In this document: positions 25,125-35,410 of the stretch, piece after piece | Position numbering within the stretch: the stretch's first letter is position 1 | Layout of the letters: every line of letters starts with the position of its first letter | Virus record (IMG/VR): IMGVR_UViG_3300027963_002897 | Coordinates: 1-62,162 of that record | Reading direction: 5' to 3' (one strand) | From: a virus | Taxonomy: Duplodnaviria; Caudoviricetes | DNA length: 62,162 nucleotides | The notes under the pieces: model-generated | The model's database searches: none | The model's input: the letters and a program-made list of their open reading frames with translations, nothing else | What the model was told of the DNA's origin: nothing | Made by a program: the position numbers and the translations under genes

Positions 25125-25565
25125 TTACTGGAATTGGAACTGTCCTAATGGAACTGTAATTGTTGTTTGATTACCTACAGTATCAGTGACTGTGAGATAA
25201 ACATTTGAACTGTCTTTGTTCCAAAATATAGTATTACCTTCAAAGTTCAGTGTACCACTGGTACTACCTCCATTGGCAAACATAGCTGTGGCTAAGTTTT
25301 GACTTATCTGCGCATATATTCTAGATTCCAAGTTGTTCATAAACTTGGCTAAGTTAGTGTTCTTTTCGTCAGCTTTGGCTTTTTCTAAAGCTGCTTGAAT
25401 ATCTTTTTTAACCTGTGCTTGACGTGTGAATTCTTGATTCTCTATGGTAAGCACGTGAGAACTGTAGCCCGAGCCGTTAAAGCTGGGACTTTTAAATCCG
25501 AAGTCTAGGGGTGCAGCAATGCTCGCAAGAGGAAACGCTGCTAATAATACTAATACGTTTTTCAT
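25125..25565 (-). CDS. csgF: curli assembly component CsgF
   Basis: Signal peptide then FKSPSFNG; F-x-x-NLESRI; TDTVGNQTTITVP. Confidence 0.82.
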   Translation of the reverse strand: MKNVLVLLAAFPLASIAAPLDFGFKSPSFNGSGYSSHVLTIENQEFTRQAQVKKDIQAALEKAKADEKNTNLAKFMNNLESRIYAQISQNLATAMFANGGSTSGTLNFEGNTIFWNKDSSNVYLTVTDTVGNQTTITVPLGQFQFQ

Positions 25566-25592
25566 CGAAACCGCTCCCGGTAATCCGTATTA

Positions 25593-25599
25593 GTATTTA
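25593..25599 (-). promoter_or_regulatory. putative T4-like late promoter core (TAAATAC) ahead of csgF
   Basis: Same TAAATA motif recurs before many late/virion genes in the window. Confidence 0.5.
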
Positions 25600-25642
25600 A
25601 GTAAGTGCTTTTGGGAATTAAGTTGCTAGATTATATTGGAGT

Positions 25643-27166
25643 TTAATCGAATCTAAAACTGATCTTTTTAGATGGTCTTGCGTTAGATGTATAGTGTTCA
25701 GCATCAATAACAATGTTGCCATTGAATCTTGGAGGCCAAACTACATCAAATTTACTAAAGACTATGCCAGCGGGTGATTTTTCAGTGTAGGTGTACACCT
25801 GTACCATTGACGCTTTGTTTAAAACTGCTTTGAAAAAATCAGTTAGTAATCGAGAGTTTTTATTAAGATCGGCGGCTAACAGTTTAGCACAGCACCCTAA
25901 CAAATGATATCCCATTTGCCATTTAGGGTTATTGAGATCAACACCTCGATTAGATATCACTTCCTCGCCTGCCTTATTTTTTACTATAGATCCTTTGATA
26001 ATTTTAGCATTATAAACTCTGGACAAATTTGGAAAGTTTTGTAAATCTTGAAGTGTACCTGTACCTTTACCGTATATTTCCTGTATGTAGTTTTTCTCAT
26101 CATCGTTGATAATACCAATATCAGGAAGAGCGCAGGCTGCTAATATACCCGGAATAGCTTCGTTTGTATGCAGTGTCTCTAATGCAGGAAGAAGAGCTGC
26201 ATATTTTTTATAGAATTTGGTATTTGGTCCAAAATCGTCCGGGTACTTATCTAAGGTTTCCATAGCACCAGTTAAGCTGGCCGCTGCACCACCACTTTTA
26301 TTTTTACTGCTGATGATGATCTTAGTCCCTTCTGCCCATAAAAATGAGTCGCCTATCTTTTCTCCAAATGCACCAAACGATGCTTCGTTAAAACTAGACC
26401 AAGATAGCCCTAACGGTCCTAACAGATTTTTCTCTGCGGCAGCGTAATCTCCGCTAACACGTTTGTTTAATGCTAATGCTATAGGGGCAGCAGTTTCACC
26501 AAAAACAACTTCAATTTGATCGGCGTACTGATCTAGATTAGGAACAGCTCCGGTATCGTTCATTAGGTCATCAAGTAAAGCAGGCAATCCTACTTTTAAA
26601 TTTTGAGGGAATGATGCAGGTCTTGAATTTAAATTTTGTGCAACTAATCCTGGAAGACCTGCAATCGGATATTTTCCGGGTTTTACAAAATCATAAGGAC
26701 TGATTTTTATTTCTGCAGCCTTGGCAGTTGCTGATTTACCCTTACCAGTTTGTACCCAGCCAGTTTCTTTTGAAAATTCAGAAGTTTGCCAATATAGGGG
26801 AGGATGTACTGGTTTCTTTTGTTTGTAAAACTTAACAAATGCAATCTTAGTGTTTGGGTCACCGATTACAACAACCATAGCTGCGGCGGTGCCTTTGTTA
26901 CCGCCAACGTATTTTTGTACCGTTGCACCTTGTTGTTGCAGATACGCATCGATGTCTGCTTTCATTAGATCTGTAACAATCGTTTCTGGATTTTCAGGAT
27001 CAGGTTCGTAATTTAAACGGGCGTCTTGCGGAAATACTGCAACGTTAATTAAATCGTAGGTATTGTTGCCGTTGATGAATTGGATCTGTGCTCCAGACTT
27101 CTTTTCCAACATGCGATCCCACATACCACCCTGGGCTTCAACTAAAAGGAATTCAAATGCTCTCAT
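25643..27166 (-). CDS. hypothetical protein, possibly virion-packaged
   Basis: 507 aa, MRAFEFLLVE leader, weak D...ISSK nuclease-like pattern. Confidence 0.75.
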   Translation of the reverse strand: MRAFEFLLVEAQGGMWDRMLEKKSGAQIQFINGNNTYDLINVAVFPQDARLNYEPDPENPETIVTDLMKADIDAYLQQQGATVQKYVGGNKGTAAAMVVVIGDPNTKIAFVKFYKQKKPVHPPLYWQTSEFSKETGWVQTGKGKSATAKAAEIKISPYDFVKPGKYPIAGLPGLVAQNLNSRPASFPQNLKVGLPALLDDLMNDTGAVPNLDQYADQIEVVFGETAAPIALALNKRVSGDYAAAEKNLLGPLGLSWSSFNEASFGAFGEKIGDSFLWAEGTKIIISSKNKSGGAAASLTGAMETLDKYPDDFGPNTKFYKKYAALLPALETLHTNEAIPGILAACALPDIGIINDDEKNYIQEIYGKGTGTLQDLQNFPNLSRVYNAKIIKGSIVKNKAGEEVISNRGVDLNNPKWQMGYHLLGCCAKLLAADLNKNSRLLTDFFKAVLNKASMVQVYTYTEKSPAGIVFSKFDVVWPPRFNGNIVIDAEHYTSNARPSKKISFRFD

Positions 27167-27175
27167 AGCTAATAT

Positions 27176-27859
27176 TTAGCTGATTTCAGGAAACAGGCAT
27201 TCCTGTATGAAATGCTGTACATCATCCTCACTTAACCCTAAACTAACCATTACACGCGGAGTGTGTGGATTTTGCTTCTGATTATGGGCATAAAAGTTTT
27301 GATTTTTAGTGGTATTTTTGACAGTATTATTGCTCTTAGCTACTTCTTGCAGATATACGCTGGTAGTAAGTTTGGCTAGATCTGTAATCTGATCTAATTC
27401 TTCTTGTTTTTGTACATTACCCGCAGCTACCATAAAAGGAGTAAAGATACGTTCGGCCCAGTCTGGAAGTTTGCGAGTTCGATTCCATTCTAATCGTGTT
27501 ACCTCTCCAGCGAACCATTCTATGAGGGGATGATCTTTATCGCCCGCTGGACTAAAATCGTGGAAGCATCCAGTGATCTTGTTCTTACCAGCAATAACGT
27601 CAAAACCAAAAATAGGAGCAGGATTATGTGTATGTGGAAAGATGCAACAATGCATCATCCAGAGTCCTTTGGATTCCCTAGCATCCACAACATCAACGTG
27701 AGCGCGACGATAACTGTCACTGGTCCAAACACGATTAACCCAACCAGGCTGATTAAAGCGATCCATACCCGGCTCAAAGATTTCTTTTCCTGTTGCATCA
27801 AAACTACTCTCTAAAAGGTGCTGAATTTCAATCAGCGTGTCCCAAACATTACTCTCCAC
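27176..27859 (-). CDS. pcyX: ferredoxin-dependent bilin reductase, PcyX/PcyA-like
   Basis: RRAHVD, MHCCIFP, PIFGFDVIAG, HDFSP, LPDWAERIF, QKQNPHT; follows heme oxygenase. Confidence 0.8.
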   Translation of the reverse strand: MESNVWDTLIEIQHLLESSFDATGKEIFEPGMDRFNQPGWVNRVWTSDSYRRAHVDVVDARESKGLWMMHCCIFPHTHNPAPIFGFDVIAGKNKITGCFHDFSPAGDKDHPLIEWFAGEVTRLEWNRTRKLPDWAERIFTPFMVAAGNVQKQEELDQITDLAKLTTSVYLQEVAKSNNTVKNTTKNQNFYAHNQKQNPHTPRVMVSLGLSEDDVQHFIQECLFPEIS

Positions 27860-28394
27860 GGTACAAATCTCGCATCATCTTAATAGCGTATTCAAACGCT
27901 ACACGAGCTTCGTCTCCAAGGTCGTCAGTGAGTGTTACTCGAATAGCCGTCTTCATAGCGTCGGCATTTTCAAAATCATAGAACTTGCCACTGCTAATGT
28001 GTGCTACTTGTTTCTTAATGATTTGACCACCGAATAGGTCGCCCATATGGCGGCAGTATAGATGCGCTTTAATAAGATGTTTACGGAGTTCATCGTTGCC
28101 TAGTTTGTGCAAGTATGCTTGATACTCTAATGTACTAGGTGTTAGATAGCAATAACTGCCATCATCTAGTTCTAGAAAGTCTGCATGGATAGCACGTAGA
28201 CGAGGAAGGTCGGGCATTGTAACAAGGAATCCTTGACGCTGACAATACCACTCAATAGGATCGTATACTGCTAGTAAGTTGTAAAGATAATTTCTGTAGT
28301 CTTGTTTTTCAATTTTGCCACTTAATAGCAATTTGGCAAATTTTGTTAATTCTGCTTCGTGATGTAGGTCTTTTGTGATTTCTCGTAAACTCAT
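27849..28394 (-). CDS. hemO: heme oxygenase (biliverdin-producing)
   Basis: LREITKDLHHEAE proximal His; AHLYCRHMGDLFGGQII. Confidence 0.88.
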   Translation of the reverse strand: MSLREITKDLHHEAELTKFAKLLLSGKIEKQDYRNYLYNLLAVYDPIEWYCQRQGFLVTMPDLPRLRAIHADFLELDDGSYCYLTPSTLEYQAYLHKLGNDELRKHLIKAHLYCRHMGDLFGGQIIKKQVAHISSGKFYDFENADAMKTAIRVTLTDDLGDEARVAFEYAIKMMRDLYRGE

Positions 28395-28690
28395 TCTTGT
28401 TCTACCTGTATGCGTAATGGTGAGCCGTTTGCTCTAGCGATATTTGTTGCTTCAATGCCTCGCTGTTCTGCAATTTCGAAAGTGTATACACCTGCTACGG
28501 CACTGCCCGAATTATGTATTTCTAAAGTGATTTCTTTTGCTCTAGATTCTGTGTGTTTGAAAACGCCCGTAAGCAATTCAATAACTAACTCCATAGGAGT
28601 TTGATCGTCGTTGAGAAAGATTACTTTCCACATTTTTGGTGGCTGTAAATTTACTACAACTTTCTCTTCAATTTTCACGTCTGTGGTCAT
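28391..28690 (-). CDS. clpS: Clp protease adaptor ClpS
   Basis: KVIFLNDDQTPME, IH-x-x-G, AE motifs. Confidence 0.92.
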   Translation of the reverse strand: MTTDVKIEEKVVVNLQPPKMWKVIFLNDDQTPMELVIELLTGVFKHTESRAKEITLEIHNSGSAVAGVYTFEIAEQRGIEATNIARANGSPLRIQVEQE

Positions 28691-28708
28691 ATTAACTCCG
28701 TTGGATAT

Positions 28709-28730
28709 AAAGGGAGGTTCCCCTCCCTTT
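28709..28730 (-). terminator. intrinsic terminator-like hairpin
   Basis: AAAGGGAGG-loop-CCTCCCTTT after hsp20. Confidence 0.55.
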
Positions 28731-28737
28731 AATTATA

Positions 28738-29181
28738 TTACTTAATGTCTACAATGTCAATGATTTTTGGCTTAGCAGATTCTGGAATATTGCGTACCAA
28801 TTTAACGACTAACATACCGTTTTCGATTTGAGCACCAGTAACTTCAATGTGCTCAGCAAGTGGAAACTCGCGAGCAAAGTCACGTGTGGCTAAACCACGA
28901 TGTAGATAGACAACTTCGGGATCTTCGTGACGAATTGATTCTTCGCCCTCTCCCTTGATTACAAGAACTGTATTTTCAACAGTAACAGAAATTTCTGATT
29001 TTTTAAATCCTGTAACAGCAACCTGTATCTCATACTGATTTTCACCAGTCTTGATAATGTTGTGTGGAGGATAGTTGTTAGACATTTGGTTAGCAAATCT
29101 GCGCTCCATTTGATCGAACATAGTGTCAAAGCCAACCAAGGCTCTGCTTAGTGAGTCAAGTCTTGTTAATTGATTGTTCAT
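28738..29181 (-). CDS. small heat shock protein Hsp20 (IbpA-like)
   Basis: NYPPHNI, YLHRGLATRDF, NGML. Confidence 0.92.
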   Translation of the reverse strand: MNNQLTRLDSLSRALVGFDTMFDQMERRFANQMSNNYPPHNIIKTGENQYEIQVAVTGFKKSEISVTVENTVLVIKGEGEESIRHEDPEVVYLHRGLATRDFAREFPLAEHIEVTGAQIENGMLVVKLVRNIPESAKPKIIDIVDIK

Positions 29182-29186
29182 TATGG

Positions 29187-29204
29187 TCTCCTTATAAAGT
29201 AAGA
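29187..29204 (-). promoter_or_regulatory. SD-sequestering hairpin, ROSE-like (copy 1)
   Basis: TCTTACTTTATAAGGAGA, identical to 31148-31165. Confidence 0.5.
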
Positions 29205-29239
29205 ACAATGGGGGCCTCGAAAGTACCCCCTATAATAAC

Positions 29240-31141
29240 TTAGTCTGCTTTCTTCTCTGTGAATGTAGCGTCAACTATGTCATCTTGTGGCTGAGGTTGT
29301 GCTTCTGCTTGTGCTTCTGCTTGTTCCTTAGCCTGTTTTTTATCTAACAATGCTTTCATTGCTGGATAAACTTTTGCAAGCTCTTCTGTAATCTTTTCAG
29401 CATCATCACCTTTGGAGGCTTCTTCTACTGAAGCGATTGCAGTTTCAAGCTCGGTAATTTCTGTTTCTGTTAGTTCAGAACGGAACTCTTCAAGATCCTT
29501 TCTAACTTCGTGTAATTGAGAATCGGCTTGGTTGCGTGTTTCGATAAGAGTACGTTGTTTCTTATCTGATTCCGCATTGGCTTCTGCATCACGAATCATA
29601 GCTTGGATTTCATCGTCACTTAAACCACTGTTAGATTTAATAGTGATCTTGTTTTCCTTGCCTGTGTTTTTATCTTTAGCACTAATGTGCATGATTCCGT
29701 TAGCATCGATATCAAATGTAACTTCAATCTGAGGCTGTCCTCTACGTGCTGGAGCAATACCGTCTAGTTTAAATTCACCTAACAGTTTATTGTACTGCAC
29801 AAGCTCACGCTCGCCTTGGAACACTTTAATGTCCACTGCTGGTTGATTGTCTTCAGCAGTACTAAATGTCTGGCTAGCCTTAGTTGGGATAGTTGTATTC
29901 TTTTGAATCAACTTGGCCATTACGCCACCCATTGTTTCGATACCAACGCTTAGTGGTGTAACATCTAACAACAGTACGTCTTTGCGATCACCACCTAACA
30001 CTGCACCTTGTACTGCGGCACCTGCGGCAACTGCTTCGTCTGGGTTAACATCCTTACGTGGTGCTTTACCAAATAACTTCTCTACAGTTTCCTGTACCTT
30101 AGGCATACGTGTCATACCACCAACAAGGATAACTTCGTCAATGTCTACGGCAGTCACTTTAGCATCTGCCATTGCTGTCTTACATGGCCCAACACTTCGT
30201 TGAATTAATTCGTCAACTAACTGTTCTAGTTTGCTGCGATTTAATTTTACTGCTAGGTGTTTTGGTCCACTTGCGTCTGCTGTAATATATGGCAGGTTAA
30301 CATCTGTTTGGCTTGAACTAGATAACTCAATCTTAGCCTTTTCAGCACTATCTTTCAAACGCTGTAATGCCAATACATCTTTGCTTAGATCAATACCTGA
30401 TTCTTTCTTAAATTCATCAATCAAGTGATCCATAATACGTTGGTCGAAATCTTCACCGCCGAGGAATGTGTCACCATTGGTAGAGAGAACCTCAATTTGC
30501 TTCTCACCGTCCACGTTAGCAATTTCAATGATAGATACATCAAAAGTACCACCACCAAGGTCATACACAGCCACTTTACGATCTGTTTTGTCATTTTTAT
30601 CTACTCCGTATGCTAATGCAGCCGCAGTAGGTTCATTGATAATACGTAAAACTTCTAAGCCTGCAATCTTACCTGCATCCTTAGTCGCCTGACGTTGGCT
30701 GTCGTTGAAGTAAGCTGGTACTGTAATAACAGCTTGTGTTACTTCTTCTCCCAAATAGTCTTCAGCAGTCTTTTTCATCTTACGAAGGACTTCAGCAGAA
30801 ATTTGTGGAGGTGCTAAATCTTTGTTATTTGCTTTTACCCAAGCATCGCCGTTTTCAGCTTCAACAATTTGATAAGGCATCAAGTCGATGTCTTTTTGCA
30901 CAGCTTCTTCTTTGAACTTACGTCCAATAAGACGCTTGCTTGCGTAAATTGTATTTGTGGGATTTGTTACTGCTTGACGCTTTGCTGTTGCACCAACTAA
31001 AATTTCATTGTCAGTATATGCAACAATACTAGGAGTAGTCCTTGCGCCTTCTGAGTTTTCAATTACTTTAGCTTTACCATTTTCGATAACAGCTACACAT
31101 GAGTTTGTGGTACCCAAGTCGATACCGATGATCTTAGACAT
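29240..31141 (-). CDS. dnaK: chaperone DnaK
   Basis: [27 protein letters not shown]; full length. Confidence 0.98.
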   Translation of the reverse strand: MSKIIGIDLGTTNSCVAVIENGKAKVIENSEGARTTPSIVAYTDNEILVGATAKRQAVTNPTNTIYASKRLIGRKFKEEAVQKDIDLMPYQIVEAENGDAWVKANNKDLAPPQISAEVLRKMKKTAEDYLGEEVTQAVITVPAYFNDSQRQATKDAGKIAGLEVLRIINEPTAAALAYGVDKNDKTDRKVAVYDLGGGTFDVSIIEIANVDGEKQIEVLSTNGDTFLGGEDFDQRIMDHLIDEFKKESGIDLSKDVLALQRLKDSAEKAKIELSSSSQTDVNLPYITADASGPKHLAVKLNRSKLEQLVDELIQRSVGPCKTAMADAKVTAVDIDEVILVGGMTRMPKVQETVEKLFGKAPRKDVNPDEAVAAGAAVQGAVLGGDRKDVLLLDVTPLSVGIETMGGVMAKLIQKNTTIPTKASQTFSTAEDNQPAVDIKVFQGERELVQYNKLLGEFKLDGIAPARRGQPQIEVTFDIDANGIMHISAKDKNTGKENKITIKSNSGLSDDEIQAMIRDAEANAESDKKQRTLIETRNQADSQLHEVRKDLEEFRSELTETEITELETAIASVEEASKGDDAEKITEELAKVYPAMKALLDKKQAKEQAEAQAEAQPQPQDDIVDATFTEKKAD

Positions 31142-31147
31142 ATTTCA

Positions 31148-31165
31148 TCTCCTTATAAAGTAAGA
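31148..31165 (-). promoter_or_regulatory. SD-sequestering hairpin, ROSE-like (copy 2)
   Basis: Identical 18-mer upstream of dnaK. Confidence 0.5.
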
Positions 31166-31223
31166 TCTAATTAGGCTCTATGCCCTGTAATTTGCCATAT
31201 AGTACAAACTACGATTTTATTTA

Positions 31224-31802
31224 TCATTGACGTGCCAAAGGCGAAAACAATTTTCCGTCAAAACTACTGGCAGATCTGAGTTTTTTGTAGACATTTTGGA
31301 CGCCTACTGCTTGATTCCAGGCATCTTCCAACGCATGATGTTTAAGCACCGGAGGACGTTCTGGATTAACACCAATATCAAACAATGTACGGGTATCGCG
31401 AACTTCCCAAAATTGCCAAGGAATAGCTTTACCTATTTTTCTAAATAAATGCTCGCAAATAATGATGTCAAAGCCAGCCCCGTGACTCCATACCCGTTTT
31501 GCGCCCCAGCAAAATTTATACAATTGAGTCATAGCATCTTCAATCGAAATCCTGCCGTCTGGGCTAAACGCTTCATCTTGTGCTGCTTGACTTTGGCTAG
31601 CCCACCAATCTAATGTAGCTTGACTAACTGTGCAACCGTAATGGTCGCAACTGTCAAGGTCAACTTTTACATAGAATTTTTGGCAAGTAGGTTCTTCAAC
31701 ATCCATACCAAAAGGATCAAACTTAACTGCTCCAATTGTGAGTATAGTTGCCGATGGAAGAACATCAAGTGTTTCTAGGTCAATCATTACGTCTGTATTC
31801 AT
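31224..31802 (-). CDS. DEDDh 3'-5' exonuclease
   Basis: MIDLETL, GAGFD, RDTRT, HHALEDA. Confidence 0.88.
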   Translation of the reverse strand: MNTDVMIDLETLDVLPSATILTIGAVKFDPFGMDVEEPTCQKFYVKVDLDSCDHYGCTVSQATLDWWASQSQAAQDEAFSPDGRISIEDAMTQLYKFCWGAKRVWSHGAGFDIIICEHLFRKIGKAIPWQFWEVRDTRTLFDIGVNPERPPVLKHHALEDAWNQAVGVQNVYKKLRSASSFDGKLFSPLARQ

Positions 31803-31808
31803 TATACT

Positions 31809-31837
31809 ATTATACTTTCTCTGTTTAAAACAGTCAA
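31809..31837 (-). promoter_or_regulatory. sigma70-type promoter
   Basis: TTGACT-17 nt-TATAAT. Confidence 0.7.
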
Positions 31838-31840
31838 TGG

Positions 31841-32866
31841 TTATTTTAAAAATACATCATTAATCTGTCTACCGACTTTGATAAATGTTGTACACTTTGA
31901 TAATTGTTTTAAACTTGGAGCACCGACGTATGTACAGGTACTGCGTAGTCCTCCGAGTAAATCCAATACAGTTCGAACAACAGGCCCTTTGTATAATAAC
32001 TCTACTGTTCGACCTTCTGAACTTCTATACTCTGCAACACCGCCACTGTGCTTTTCCATAGCTGTGTCTGAGCTCATTCCGTAAAATGTAATTTTATTGT
32101 CTTTAACTTCGCCCCCACCTTCATCGTGTCCGGCAAGCATACCACCTAACATTACGAAATCAGCGCCTGCCCCGAAAGCCTTAGCAACGTCCCCAGGACA
32201 AGTGCATCCGCCGTCAGCCACAATGTGTCCACCAAGACCGTGAGCGGCATCGGCACATTCAATGATAGCACTAAGCTGTGGGTAGCCCACACCAGTTTGG
32301 ATACGAGTAGTACAAACACTACCAGGGCCAATGCCCACTTTAACAATATCTGCGCCACGTAAGATTAACTCCTGTGTCATGTCTGCGGTAACCACGTTAC
32401 CTGCAATAATTGTATGGCTAGGGAACTTTGCTCTAACTTTAGCAACAAAGTCTCCAAAGTATTCACTGTATCCGTTCGCTACATCGATGCAGATAAACTT
32501 GATACTATACATCCCAGTCAATATAATATTTAATCTATCAAAATCATCATCACTGATGCCGGTACTAACTGCATAGTGTTCATGTTTTCCTTGCTTATTG
32601 AATTTGGCCCAATTATCAATGTCTGTATTATAATTCTTAACTAGGCAGGTAAACATCGAGTGTTCTTGTAATGCAAGAGCCATTTCAAATGTTCCAACAC
32701 CGTCCATGTTAGAGGCCATTACAGGAACGCCTGTCCATTCTTTTTGACTATGTTTGAATTTATACTTACGAGTAAGGTCTACGTTTTTCCTACTAGAAAG
32801 GGTAGATCTTTTTGGACGGATAAGCACATCTTTGAAGTCTAGCTTGACTTCGTCTTCGATACGCAT
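31841..32866 (-). CDS. guaC: GMP reductase
   Basis: [40 protein letters not shown]. Confidence 0.95.
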   Translation of the reverse strand: MRIEDEVKLDFKDVLIRPKRSTLSSRKNVDLTRKYKFKHSQKEWTGVPVMASNMDGVGTFEMALALQEHSMFTCLVKNYNTDIDNWAKFNKQGKHEHYAVSTGISDDDFDRLNIILTGMYSIKFICIDVANGYSEYFGDFVAKVRAKFPSHTIIAGNVVTADMTQELILRGADIVKVGIGPGSVCTTRIQTGVGYPQLSAIIECADAAHGLGGHIVADGGCTCPGDVAKAFGAGADFVMLGGMLAGHDEGGGEVKDNKITFYGMSSDTAMEKHSGGVAEYRSSEGRTVELLYKGPVVRTVLDLLGGLRSTCTYVGAPSLKQLSKCTTFIKVGRQINDVFLK

Positions 32867-32878
32867 TTGAAACCTTTC

Positions 32879-33118
32879 TTAAAATAATTTTGGCGGCAAT
32901 GATTGTGACTTTAACTGTTTACGCCAACGTGCTTTTGCTGCACCTTTTTTGCGTTTACGTTCAGTTGTTGGTTTTTCGTAGAATTCTTTTTTTCTTAATG
33001 CGTCAAGCACCCCAGATTCTTCAACTTTCTTTTTAAATCGGCGCAGAGCCTGAGTGATGTTTTCATTCTCTTTTAGGGTTACGGTATTGCCTTTTAATCT
33101 ATTCTCAAATTTAGCCAT
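32879..33118 (-). CDS. rpsU: ribosomal protein bS21
   Basis: [13 protein letters not shown]...[14 protein letters not shown]. Confidence 0.92.
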   Translation of the reverse strand: MAKFENRLKGNTVTLKENENITQALRRFKKKVEESGVLDALRKKEFYEKPTTERKRKKGAAKARWRKQLKSQSLPPKLF

Positions 33119-33494
33119 TTTGATTTATTACATTCTCCAGTAAGTTATGAATTTGATCAGTATTATATATAGCACAATTATTAGCTGCTGTCAACGATCT
33201 GAGAATTCCAAAATAGTGCGAATTCTTTTGCGCAGCCATATATCCAACAATAATTTCATTTTCGCTATCTGCATTAAAAATAATAAGTTGGCTTTTTAGC
33301 TTTTTATCTAATAGCCAATCGATGTTATCTTTTGAATTCCACATATAAGAAATAATTGTGGTATCTCCAGTTAAACGATTTAGTGCATCTGAAATTAATT
33401 GAGTTTGTTCGCTATTGAGATCTACTAATAATATTCTAATACCGTCTATTAATATATCGTCTGGAGGAGTGACTAAAATAACCTTATCTGTCAT
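33111..33494 (-). CDS. hypothetical protein
   Basis: 127-aa ORF in operon. Confidence 0.75.
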   Translation of the reverse strand: MTDKVILVTPPDDILIDGIRILLVDLNSEQTQLISDALNRLTGDTTIISYMWNSKDNIDWLLDKKLKSQLIIFNADSENEIIVGYMAAQKNSHYFGILRSLTAANNCAIYNTDQIHNLLENVINQNG

Positions 33495-33496
33495 TG

Positions 33497-34963
33497 TTAA
33501 TCTTTCTTAACATCTTTGATCCGAGTCCAAATTGTATTTTCGCCTTGTTCAGCATTTTGTATGTAACTTGCTAGTCTTGTCGAGTTTTCTTTATCTGTTG
33601 ATTGCCCACTCGTTCCATCCACGTCGTTACCTTTTTTTTTGAGCTCAACTTGTTCCATGGCCCATTTAGCAGCTTCTTCGGCAGCATCATTATCTGAAAA
33701 GTCTGGTTGAACTTTTAGATATTCGTCCCACGGAAGTACTTTAATGGCACCTCTTTCAAATAGTCGTCTTTGTAATTTTAACGAACTATCTGGATTGTCA
33801 GCCTTCCATAAAGTCATAGCTTCTTTTTCTGAGTCTGCAGCCTTGTCTAATATATCCTGTTCGGATTCTTCTTCCACTGCTTTCTCAGCTTCTTCAATCA
33901 TTCTGTTCCATTGTTCGAGTGGTATACCTTCAACCCCTTCTTCTTGCTTTTCCTCAGGCGCCGTTATATCACCTCCTAGTGCGGTCGGCTGTGTTTCGCT
34001 TGGAACTTCGTCTGTGTGTGTAGGTGTTGTGCCCCAGTCCGGTGCTGGATTATATGTTGCTGAAGGGAATGGCCAAAATGTGCTGGCTGGCGGTGTATCT
34101 AATGCTTCAATTTCTTCTTCTGTAAAAGGACGAGTGTCTTCGTCTTTTGGGGGAACGATACCCATGGCCGCTTGATCTTCTTCTTGTTTGCGGAACCATT
34201 GGAAACTGTATTGGCTAGCTAACAATAGGATAACAGCCAGCGGATCAAATACCATAACAATAATAATGATCACTGCACGTACTGCTTTTTCTAAAAGATT
34301 TTGATCTGGATTATCGCCATATAACAAAGCGGCAATATATTTGATTGGCCCTACTTCTGCTTCTACTTTGCGTACTTCAGCGGCAATTGGGGCACGTTCT
34401 TCATTAAGGGCGGCAATCGCTTTCTGTTCGGACGCAATGTCGGATTGAAGACGTACACGTTCTTTTTGCTGGCTGCGTCTAATAGCAACTGCTTTCTCAG
34501 CACCTTTTTCATCACTGCTTCGACCCATAACTTGGTCCACAGCTTCGTCCATCTGTTTAAGCGCCTTGCGGTTCGCATCTATGTTATCTCTTGCTGTTTT
34601 AATTTTTTCATCGTATATGGCAATCTTACTTTGTACATCACCACTGACAATATTTTGATCTAAATGTGCTTTGCTTAGGTATCCAAAAATACCCATAGAG
34701 GTAATTACCATCAATATAGCAATAGCAGAGATAAGATAGGCCTTGATTGCTCTCGGAGCAATAGTCCAATTAAGTTTTAGCCAAACAGTGGCAACCAGTT
34801 TGCTGACTTCTAGTGCTACTCCCATAATCATAATAGGAACAGCAGCCGCCGCAAAAATGGAAACTAGGCCTGCAACACTATACCATACAGCCACAGCACT
34901 AACACTGAGACCGCTGAATAATGTCAGCCAGGCTATTATCTTATCGCTTGAATTTATTTTCAT
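33497..34963 (-). CDS. membrane protein with coiled coil and acidic tail
   Basis: 3 N-terminal TMs, coiled coil, EVGPIKYIA, FDPLAV TM. Confidence 0.8.
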   Translation of the reverse strand: MKINSSDKIIAWLTLFSGLSVSAVAVWYSVAGLVSIFAAAAVPIMIMGVALEVSKLVATVWLKLNWTIAPRAIKAYLISAIAILMVITSMGIFGYLSKAHLDQNIVSGDVQSKIAIYDEKIKTARDNIDANRKALKQMDEAVDQVMGRSSDEKGAEKAVAIRRSQQKERVRLQSDIASEQKAIAALNEERAPIAAEVRKVEAEVGPIKYIAALLYGDNPDQNLLEKAVRAVIIIIVMVFDPLAVILLLASQYSFQWFRKQEEDQAAMGIVPPKDEDTRPFTEEEIEALDTPPASTFWPFPSATYNPAPDWGTTPTHTDEVPSETQPTALGGDITAPEEKQEEGVEGIPLEQWNRMIEEAEKAVEEESEQDILDKAADSEKEAMTLWKADNPDSSLKLQRRLFERGAIKVLPWDEYLKVQPDFSDNDAAEEAAKWAMEQVELKKKGNDVDGTSGQSTDKENSTRLASYIQNAEQGENTIWTRIKDVKKD

Positions 34964-34966
34964 GAA

Positions 34967-35410
34967 CTAATATTTATCGTTAACCCACTGCCATCTATTG
35001 TTAATGTCATCAAAACAGGCAGTTGCGGTCATTGTTTTTTCCACGTTGTATGCAATAGCCTGTATATGTACTCTCCGACAATATCCATTACCATTAGGCC
35101 ATGTCATTACCGGTACTGCAAAACCACTCGCATCGTCTTGATACCACGATACCTTTTGTCCGTTGTCGGCAAACATAATTGCATGATTGATCGACGAGTG
35201 ATATGATTCGTTCTGTACAGCACTTAAAGTTTTAAACCAACCAAAACTAAAATCAGATACACGATTAATAAATCCGCCTGCACGATATTCGAAGAACCTA
35301 GGCTCATTCGCTTCTACCGCGGCAGCGTTAAAACTAACGGCCAGCAGTATTAACGATTTCCCAACTACCGTCCGGCTTTTGGCAACTAATGCCTTTGCGT
35401 TGAACATCAT
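34967..35410 (-). CDS. secreted protein, 17-kDa surface-antigen-like
   Basis: V-x-W...G...YCRR...TAC...W pattern after a signal-like segment. Confidence 0.6.
   Translation of the reverse strand: MMFNAKALVAKSRTVVGKSLILLAVSFNAAAVEANEPRFFEYRAGGFINRVSDFSFGWFKTLSAVQNESYHSSINHAIMFADNGQKVSWYQDDASGFAVPVMTWPNGNGYCRRVHIQAIAYNVEKTMTATACFDDINNRWQWVNDKY

Noticed and set aside
29240-32866. Bacterial chromosome or prophage origin suggested by dnaK, guaC, rpsU
   Set aside because: No bacterial operon context (no dnaJ/grpE), no integrase or att site; neighbours are phage-type genes with T4-like late motifs
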